IMG/VR virus record: IMGVR_UViG_3300028590_000007
Origin: an uncultured virus (IMG/VR IMGVR_UViG_3300028590_000007)
Lineage: Duplodnaviria > Heunggongvirae > Uroviricota > Caudoviricetes
DNA: 61,346 bases
Direction: 5' to 3' (one strand)
Shown: one piece after another, positions 55,295-61,346 of the stretch
Numbering within the stretch: position 1 is the stretch's first letter
Layout: each line of letters begins with the position of its first letter
Translations under genes and position numbers: made by a program
The notes under the pieces: model-generated
Database searches by the model: none
Told to the model about the DNA's origin: nothing
What the model saw: the letters and a program-made list of their open reading frames with translations, nothing else

Positions 55295-58200
55295 TTACGT
55301 GGAGACAGTTGTCTCTTTTCTTGTTTTCTTGTTGATCACGGCTTCCGCCATGTTCTTCTTGTAATAACCGATCATCGCTTCCAGTTCGTCTTCAAGATGT
55401 TCAAGCTCCTTGGGAGTTGTTATCTCCTTCAAAGCCTCATCATCAAGCTTCCCTGACGACCATGAGCGGTTAATTTCAGTTTCAATAGGGTAATTGAGGT
55501 ATCTACCGTCGTAGTCCCAAACCACCTTCCTGAACATGAAAAGTTCATGTGCCTTCTGCCAAATGTTGACCTCCGCAATAGGACAGAGGGTCACAACAGC
55601 ATCATACAGTAGCACCATTGGTCGGCCTATCAAGCCTCTTGTGATGCCAAAATGCAAAAGATTCTGAGCAGCGATTGCAGACGTGGAGGCGACACTTTCC
55701 TGTAGAGGGGTGTTACGACATTCACGTCCCTGTGCGCTCATCAGGGCATCCCATACACGAGGGTCCATCGTTTTTCTGGAATGGGTCCCCAACCAGTGTC
55801 GAATACGACCTGAGGCAAGCCTGAGGTGGTCTTCTGACTTAGGCAGCTCCTGTTGCTCTTCCAGATACGCCGTTGCGACGGGCTGGCGTTCCTGTAGAGC
55901 ATCAAGGATACCCTGCCCGTCTCCGGGGTTGGGTTTGGCCCCTGTATCCGCTTCAATTTTGCGTTCAAGACTATTACCCGAGGCCCCGTATGCAGATGAG
56001 AAATTCCCCACCTTACCTGAGCCGTCACGGTCTTTCTTCTTATCCAACGCTTCCCGTGGTAACTTCTTGAACATCTCAGCGAGCGACCAGTGCAGGTCCT
56101 CCTTTCCGGGATGAACGATGTTACCGTTTTCATCACGAAGCAGATCGTCTTCAGTGATTTTCACCCATACAGTCGGTTCCTTTTCCTTACCTTTCTCTTT
56201 GGCTTCAGGGTAGGCTAGGATGTACTTATCAAATTGGTTTTCTTCGGGAATACCGCAATCCTTCTTATAGTTCAGACGGACCGGGTTCTTTTTCTTTTTG
56301 TCCGACTTAAGGAAGCCGAACTGTTTATCCGGGAGAGTGACCAGATCAATCAAGTTCTGATCTCCTGAGATGAATGCAAGTCCACGAATCTCAGCGGTCT
56401 CATAGTCTGATTCCACCATGAGCATACCCTCTGGAGCAGTGACTACCGAACGGATGGACGGCAGTGCTTTCTCCAGATAGATGTGCCAACGCTCAGGAAG
56501 TTCACCTTCCTTGTGCAGAGATTTGAACAGGGCTGCTACCCCTTCCTCGATACGCTTGTTCACGTACGACGGCCAGTTGAGGATGTTTGGTTTCCAACAA
56601 CGGTTACGGGCGGTTTCGGTTACAGAGGAGTTATAGTGCACCCTACCGTCTTTTGCGATCCAGTAGTGCAAACCATTCTCTTTAACCAACTCACCATCGT
56701 CATCATACTCTGCGGGTTTGAGGAACGCCTTTGCGGCGTTACCGACAGCATTGAAGTCCAACAGGAGGTTCAGAACCGGGTCCTTGTAGGTCACGGAGAA
56801 CATCTGCAGGGACTGTTTGTCCACGGAAGGTGCGTAGTTTTGTCTTACATCTTTGGGCAGGTTCTTGACCTTGCTCCAATCCATTGACGGGAACCCTTGT
56901 TCCTTTTTATTAGTACTTTTTACTGGTTCGTACTGCTTAATATCGAACAGCCACCGTCGCATCTGTTCCGGGGCGCGAATATTAAATTCAGGTGCGTTCA
57001 GGTAATGACCGTGAATGGCGATAGCATCGGATACATGATCCGTACCGAATGCTGCTTTGAGTTTGTCCAAACTAGGACCCTCAGGGTCGCTCATGTAATC
57101 ACACGCGAGCGCCAACCCTTCTTCTTCATCTCCGACTACCCGCTGGCAAACTTGTACAACCAAATGAGTGGCTTCTCTGGTCATGGTGACTTGGAATCTC
57201 TTCTCAAGTTCAACCTTGGCGAATTGGTACAAGTCACGCAGCTCATTGAGCTTCTCCATGTCCACAGGCAAACCTTCATAAGAGAAGTTGGTGAACACGT
57301 CGGTCGTGAAGGGATTAAAGATAGTTTCGTAGTACTGCGTCAGCTGTTGTCGCTCCATCTCTTGTACGAGGTATGGATAAGCTCGCATTACCACGTCAAC
57401 GTCCGCCATTGCATACGGTAGCAACAGATCGTCAGGGATGTCGGCATATCCATCGGAGTGACCCAGAGGATGTGTCTTCAACCATATGACGAGAGGCAGG
57501 TCATACCGACCCAAGTCCGTATACTTCAGAGCAAGATTGTCCAAACCGAGATCTGCGTGTTCGTTACAGCATTGCTGCGCGAACTCAGTGTCCAGAAGAC
57601 ACTTCTTATAGATCTCAAGGTTCAGCCACTTCTTCATCCATACGGCGTCCGCAGAATAATGGTGACCCAGATACTTTACCTCTTTTCTGTTCAACCAAGC
57701 ACCCAGCACCTGACCCACCTTTTCATAGGAAGCATCAAATACATAGTTACGTTGGTCGTCCATGAATCGAATGGCACATGCATGCCCTTCTTTCCAACAG
57801 AACTGGATGGTACGTAGGTTACCGTCGATAAAGTTGTTCCCACCCCACTCGCAGTCCACCGAGATGAGGGTGTGATTTTCTTGTGCCCACATAGTCACCA
57901 GATCCACAACTTGTTCAAGGTTGTTGATCACGTGATACGAGGTCTTCATGCGTTTGGTTTCGAAGCCACGTATGGAGTCATACATGTTTCGAATTTCAAA
58001 TAGATTGATCCTGAATTTCTCCACGTAGTCTGGACGTGAAGCAAGCAGGTGAACTGGGTCAAGGAGGATGAAGCGACAGTCATACTCCTTGTTATAGAAC
58101 CACCCCGCTTTGATGTCATCAGCTCGGTATTTGACCGGGCTGAAGAAATCAAATACCGCCTTACCGAGACATACGACTATCTTCGGTTTTACTTCCCTCA

Positions 58201-58642
58201 CTTCACTGTCGAAGGAGGGGGAGGCAAAGCGTAGCGAGGTGGCGTCTGGCTTCAAACGTTTAGCCTTTGGTAGAAGCCACTTACACATCGCAGTGAAGTA
58301 GCAGTCATCTAGGCTTATTCCCGATTGCTGGATGAGGTCCTTGAGGACGCTACCAGCGAGACACTTCATGTATTCCGGAGTTTCCTTGATCGGCTTCTCA
58401 TATCGTTCACCCTGCCGGTATTCAACCGCGTCCTCAGACAGTAGGGAGGGCATCACGAACATGATATCTGCAGGGCTTTTACCGTTCCCTGCTACATACA
58501 AAACTTCGTCTTTCCTGCGGGTCGTAGTAATCTTGGCAGGTGGTTCTTCCTCGAAGTTAGGTTGTGTCGGATTGTCAGGGACGTCTGTGCGTGGTCCCTG
58601 CTTCTTTTTTTGCTTTCTCTCAAAGTACTCGTTGAAATCCAT
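55295..58642 (-). CDS. family A DNA polymerase with N-terminal UDG-like and 3'-5' exonuclease domains
   Basis: Exo motifs VDCE, HYSAD, YAMAD; motif A DYETAEIR, motif B KVGNFSSAYG, NTPLQ, motif C LLYDAVV; N-terminal EVREVKPKIVVCLGKAV of UDG family 4 fold. Confidence 0.95.
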   Translation of the reverse strand: MDFNEYFERKQKKKQGPRTDVPDNPTQPNFEEEPPAKITTTRRKDEVLYVAGNGKSPADIMFVMPSLLSEDAVEYRQGERYEKPIKETPEYMKCLAGSVLKDLIQQSGISLDDCYFTAMCKWLLPKAKRLKPDATSLRFASPSFDSEVREVKPKIVVCLGKAVFDFFSPVKYRADDIKAGWFYNKEYDCRFILLDPVHLLASRPDYVEKFRINLFEIRNMYDSIRGFETKRMKTSYHVINNLEQVVDLVTMWAQENHTLISVDCEWGGNNFIDGNLRTIQFCWKEGHACAIRFMDDQRNYVFDASYEKVGQVLGAWLNRKEVKYLGHHYSADAVWMKKWLNLEIYKKCLLDTEFAQQCCNEHADLGLDNLALKYTDLGRYDLPLVIWLKTHPLGHSDGYADIPDDLLLPYAMADVDVVMRAYPYLVQEMERQQLTQYYETIFNPFTTDVFTNFSYEGLPVDMEKLNELRDLYQFAKVELEKRFQVTMTREATHLVVQVCQRVVGDEEEGLALACDYMSDPEGPSLDKLKAAFGTDHVSDAIAIHGHYLNAPEFNIRAPEQMRRWLFDIKQYEPVKSTNKKEQGFPSMDWSKVKNLPKDVRQNYAPSVDKQSLQMFSVTYKDPVLNLLLDFNAVGNAAKAFLKPAEYDDDGELVKENGLHYWIAKDGRVHYNSSVTETARNRCWKPNILNWPSYVNKRIEEGVAALFKSLHKEGELPERWHIYLEKALPSIRSVVTAPEGMLMVESDYETAEIRGLAFISGDQNLIDLVTLPDKQFGFLKSDKKKKNPVRLNYKKDCGIPEENQFDKYILAYPEAKEKGKEKEPTVWVKITEDDLLRDENGNIVHPGKEDLHWSLAEMFKKLPREALDKKKDRDGSGKVGNFSSAYGASGNSLERKIEADTGAKPNPGDGQGILDALQERQPVATAYLEEQQELPKSEDHLRLASGRIRHWLGTHSRKTMDPRVWDALMSAQGRECRNTPLQESVASTSAIAAQNLLHFGITRGLIGRPMVLLYDAVVTLCPIAEVNIWQKAHELFMFRKVVWDYDGRYLNYPIETEINRSWSSGKLDDEALKEITTPKELEHLEDELEAMIGYYKKNMAEAVINKKTRKETTVST

Positions 58643-58656
58643 ATGTGTCTATTTAA

Positions 58657-58938
58657 TCAAGAAGCTGACAAGTTAGGCGCCGGTGGTTGCTCTGACTTGT
58701 AGATAGGCTTACGTGAAATGGTCAGCCAGTCAATTACCGATTCCCATTTCCACGCTGTCTCATCGTCATCATAAACCTGTCGTTGAAATTTCTGGTATTT
58801 CTGAACCCTCTCAAATCGCTCCAACCACACTATGACGAGCCTACCGTCATCGTCATACAACCATCTGGGAAACAGAGCGAAGACATGCTGTGTGCGTGTG
58901 TCACCCAGTTTCGGGGGCTTCTTCAGGTGGAACTTCAT
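58657..58938 (-). CDS. hypothetical protein
   Basis: FALFP...VWLE motif; ATG 58938. Confidence 0.65.
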   Translation of the reverse strand: MKFHLKKPPKLGDTRTQHVFALFPRWLYDDDGRLVIVWLERFERVQKYQKFQRQVYDDDETAWKWESVIDWLTISRKPIYKSEQPPAPNLSAS

Positions 58939-59089
58939 CTTGTAAGGTGCGTGGCGCTTTGCGCTCGTGTACAACACCTTCTAGGAAGGCATAGTTGAAT
59001 GCGCTGATGACGATCTCACTAGGGATAGCGATACCGGCATCTTTCTTCCACTTTTCTAGGGCAGCTTCTGCTGCATGTTTAATCATCAT
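58901..59089 (-). CDS. small hypothetical protein
   Basis: ATG 59089 overlaps the end of the upstream gene. Confidence 0.55.
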   Translation of the reverse strand: MMIKHAAEAALEKWKKDAGIAIPSEIVISAFNYAFLEGVVHERKAPRTLQDEVPPEEAPETG

Positions 59090-59261
59090 CGTCTTCGTCG
59101 CCAAACTGTTCTGCATAGTCTTCTTTCGCGTAGTCGTACCCTTCCCAGTTATCAACTCCTGCGCCTTGTAGACAGAGCAGGAAATTTGAGTCACTGAGGA
59201 GAGACTTGTACTCTTCTTCACTAATAGTAACAGTTGCCGAGCTTAGTTTTTCTTTTGCCAT
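59079..59261 (-). CDS. small conserved phage protein (LxCLxxAGVDNWEGY)
   Basis: 60 aa with the recurrent phage motif GVDNWEGY. Confidence 0.8.
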   Translation of the reverse strand: MAKEKLSSATVTISEEEYKSLLSDSNFLLCLQGAGVDNWEGYDYAKEDYAEQFGDEDDDD

Positions 59262-59263
59262 AA

Positions 59264-59647
59264 TTAGAGTTTCATAACGCGGTGGCAGCGGAGGCCGTCG
59301 TCGCTCTTACGGAAAGAGAACTTGGTATCCGGATTGCGTTTGCTGAAGTATTGAGCTGCTGCCACACAGGCACGTCCTTCTGTAGTAGTGTAGTCTTCTC
59401 CTTCCATGAAGAAGCTGTCGCCAACTTGCATGTTGAGGAAAGGATACTGGTCCATCGAGGCGCGTTTGCGACGAGGGAAGGGGATACCTTTCTCGATCAC
59501 ATATTTCGAAGACGCCAACAGCACTCCGGTGTCTGCTTCGATTTTGCTGACACTGGTGGTGATCTTCGGATTCCGAACACCGCTGACGGTAGTGGTTTTG
59601 ATGGAAGTGAAGATTTCCGAGCTGGTTTTGATATTACGGGTACTCAT
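59264..59647 (-). CDS. conserved phage protein, putative DNA-binding
   Basis: IEKGIPFP...YPFLNMQVGDSF...FSFRK...GLRCHRV. Confidence 0.75.
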   Translation of the reverse strand: MSTRNIKTSSEIFTSIKTTTVSGVRNPKITTSVSKIEADTGVLLASSKYVIEKGIPFPRRKRASMDQYPFLNMQVGDSFFMEGEDYTTTEGRACVAAAQYFSKRNPDTKFSFRKSDDGLRCHRVMKL

Positions 59648-60846
59648 TTAGATTTAGGCCAATTATTTTTGATAATACTTTCACACTTTTTGTCGCTCAT
59701 TTCCCCGAAGTCTTTGTATTTGTCCGGTGGTGCAATGAGGACAACTTGTAGTCCAACACTAGACAGCATTTCAACTGCCTTGGTTACGCTGGCTTTACCA
59801 GTATCATCGTTATCCCGTGCATAGAACACGAGATCAGTCGACTCTTTGATCTTGGATGCTTGTACATAGGACACTGTGGGACCGCACATAGGGAGACCCT
59901 CAAAGCCGAATCTAGCGGCGTCTAGGGGTCCTTCTGTGAGTACTGCGTGCCTGTCTTTCCGTGGGATATCCTTAATATGTTCTATGTAAGGATCGTAGCC
60001 CATCCATATTCCAGACTTACTCTGCCCAGTACCATTTTTGTACTTGGATGGAGGCCATTTGAATTTGGCTGGTGTAAGTTCTGGTATGAAGTGAGGTTTT
60101 CCCGATTTACCTTTTCCAGTGGCTACCTTCACCATCTCGTGTTTGTACGGATGGTAATAGTAGATATTTCCTTCATCATCTTCCGCTTCGATCAACCTTG
60201 CCTGCCACCCTTTACGGATGCCATTCATGTAACCGAAGAAAACAACCCGACCCTGTGGAGTATCTTTCCAGTCCTTGATAAGGTATGGATAGTAGACTCC
60301 GTTTTCTGTTGTCGGCGTCAGTTCTGTTTTACAGAACGATGTACGAAACTTGTCGTACAGGAAACCAACATCGTATCCACGGTTTTCCAGATACCACCGG
60401 GCCATGTGGTCTGGTTTTAGATCCTTGAGAGGTATACACTCGCCGGGTCCAAACGGAAATTTGTTCCCATGCTCGTCCTCTTCAAGGATGTGTTCTTTAG
60501 ACGTGGAATTTAGAACGAACAAGGTGGTGCTAACCTTCTGTTTGAGTCGTGTAGACACGGGCGGCATACCTAGTAGGGTCTTACCCTTGTATCCGGTCCC
60601 TTCTTTCATACAGGTTGCAACCCATCCCTCTTCTTTCTCGCCGTCCATCTGAGACAACCATTCATCCAAACGGATGGCGAGGTGACGGCTGTTGAGTTCC
60701 TTGGACCCATCTTTGCGCAAGCACTCAGGGCATGGTATGTACAGGACACTACCGGAGCGTTCCTGTTTCATGTGACCATTACCATGAAGTCTGCACAGCG
60801 TGGATGCTAGGATCTTCAGCCGCTGTTGTCTCATGTTCTCGCTCAT
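59644..60846 (-). CDS. DnaG-like DNA primase
   Basis: N-terminal CPEC Zn knuckle, YLENRG, GWQAR, KYKN, TOPRIM LTEGPLDA and DNDDTG. Confidence 0.88.
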   Translation of the reverse strand: MSENMRQQRLKILASTLCRLHGNGHMKQERSGSVLYIPCPECLRKDGSKELNSRHLAIRLDEWLSQMDGEKEEGWVATCMKEGTGYKGKTLLGMPPVSTRLKQKVSTTLFVLNSTSKEHILEEDEHGNKFPFGPGECIPLKDLKPDHMARWYLENRGYDVGFLYDKFRTSFCKTELTPTTENGVYYPYLIKDWKDTPQGRVVFFGYMNGIRKGWQARLIEAEDDEGNIYYYHPYKHEMVKVATGKGKSGKPHFIPELTPAKFKWPPSKYKNGTGQSKSGIWMGYDPYIEHIKDIPRKDRHAVLTEGPLDAARFGFEGLPMCGPTVSYVQASKIKESTDLVFYARDNDDTGKASVTKAVEMLSSVGLQVVLIAPPDKYKDFGEMSDKKCESIIKNNWPKSK

Positions 60847-61046
60847 TAACTTCCGTTGTAAGAAATGCTGAAGCTATCAGGCGATCCCATCGAAGAGCTG
60901 TAGATGAAATTGTCACCTAGGGTGATTTCAGACAACTGCTGCTTGAGTTCTCGAATGGTTTCAGCCTGTTCATCAATGACGACCTGCATCCGCAAGATCG
61001 CGGACGTCTCGGTCTGTTCTGCTGTTTTAGGAGTAGTTTGGAACAT
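60846..61046 (-). CDS. small hypothetical protein
   Basis: 66 aa; TAATG-coupled to the primase. Confidence 0.65.
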   Translation of the reverse strand: MFQTTPKTAEQTETSAILRMQVVIDEQAETIRELKQQLSEITLGDNFIYSSSMGSPDSFSISYNGS

Positions 61047-61139
61047 GTATTTGTTGTGCTAGATAAAAACAATGACCACGGGTTTTGCCGACAGAGGGTT
61101 AGCCAACCCGGAGTATGCCTCTCCGGGTTGGCGTTGGCC

Positions 61140-61310
61140 TCACGCTCCCGCTTTGGAAGCGTTGAGGTATCTTGCGTGCTGGTTGGCAGCGTAAGCACCG
61201 GTTCTGTCGATTCTCCAAGCAGCGATCCCGTGTTTGCGGAGCTGCTTGTAGACTTCGTAAACGGTCTTTCCGGTGATTTCCATCGGGGCGCCGTTCACGT
61301 CTTGCGCCAT
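61140..61310 (-). CDS. small hypothetical protein
   Basis: 56 aa from ATG 61310, followed by a 12-bp hairpin at 61102-61132. Confidence 0.55.
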   Translation of the reverse strand: MAQDVNGAPMEITGKTVYEVYKQLRKHGIAAWRIDRTGAYAANQHARYLNASKAGA

Positions 61311-61346
61311 ATACTTCCCGGAGAAACGTTGCGATCCCACCTTTTT

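Noticed and set aside
616..60920. Numerous plus-strand ORFs of 60-290 aa (for example 12566..13444, 7918..8724, 17878..18642)
   Set aside because: All are antisense shadows of well-supported minus-strand genes and show no recognisable motifs.

Overview
A 61-kb segment of a large (jumbo-like) dsDNA bacteriophage genome. About 90 tightly packed, often translationally coupled genes and one tRNA-Arg(UCU) all lie on the minus strand. Recognisable modules are replication/recombination (primase, family A DNA polymerase with a degenerate N-terminal uracil-DNA glycosylase domain, putative SSB, RecA-like protein, RecQ, ATP-dependent ligase), nucleotide metabolism (ThyX, NADAR, MazG-like, HAD, CYTH, metallophosphoesterase, DEDD exonuclease), a multisubunit RNA polymerase whose beta subunit is split over three genes with the last piece fused to the beta-prime N-terminus, and a portal-like/virion gene block. 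The best candidate for an undescribed system is a phage-encoded ubiquitin-like conjugation operon at 15.3-20.9 kb. It comprises a head-to-tail di-Ubl precursor (2 x 73 aa, each unit ending SSKA, plus a 2-residue cap), an E2-like protein, an E1/ThiF, a JAB peptidase and two orphan genes; a third, Ubl-fused protein lies 3 kb downstream. Other notable signals are a shared C-terminal EP[VI]TEEY[IV]F[IV] tag on six mostly unrelated proteins, a recurrent K-x-A-[SA] motif in putative virion proteins and the RNAP, and no TAG stop among the called genes. All product calls are motif recognition by eye, without database searches.
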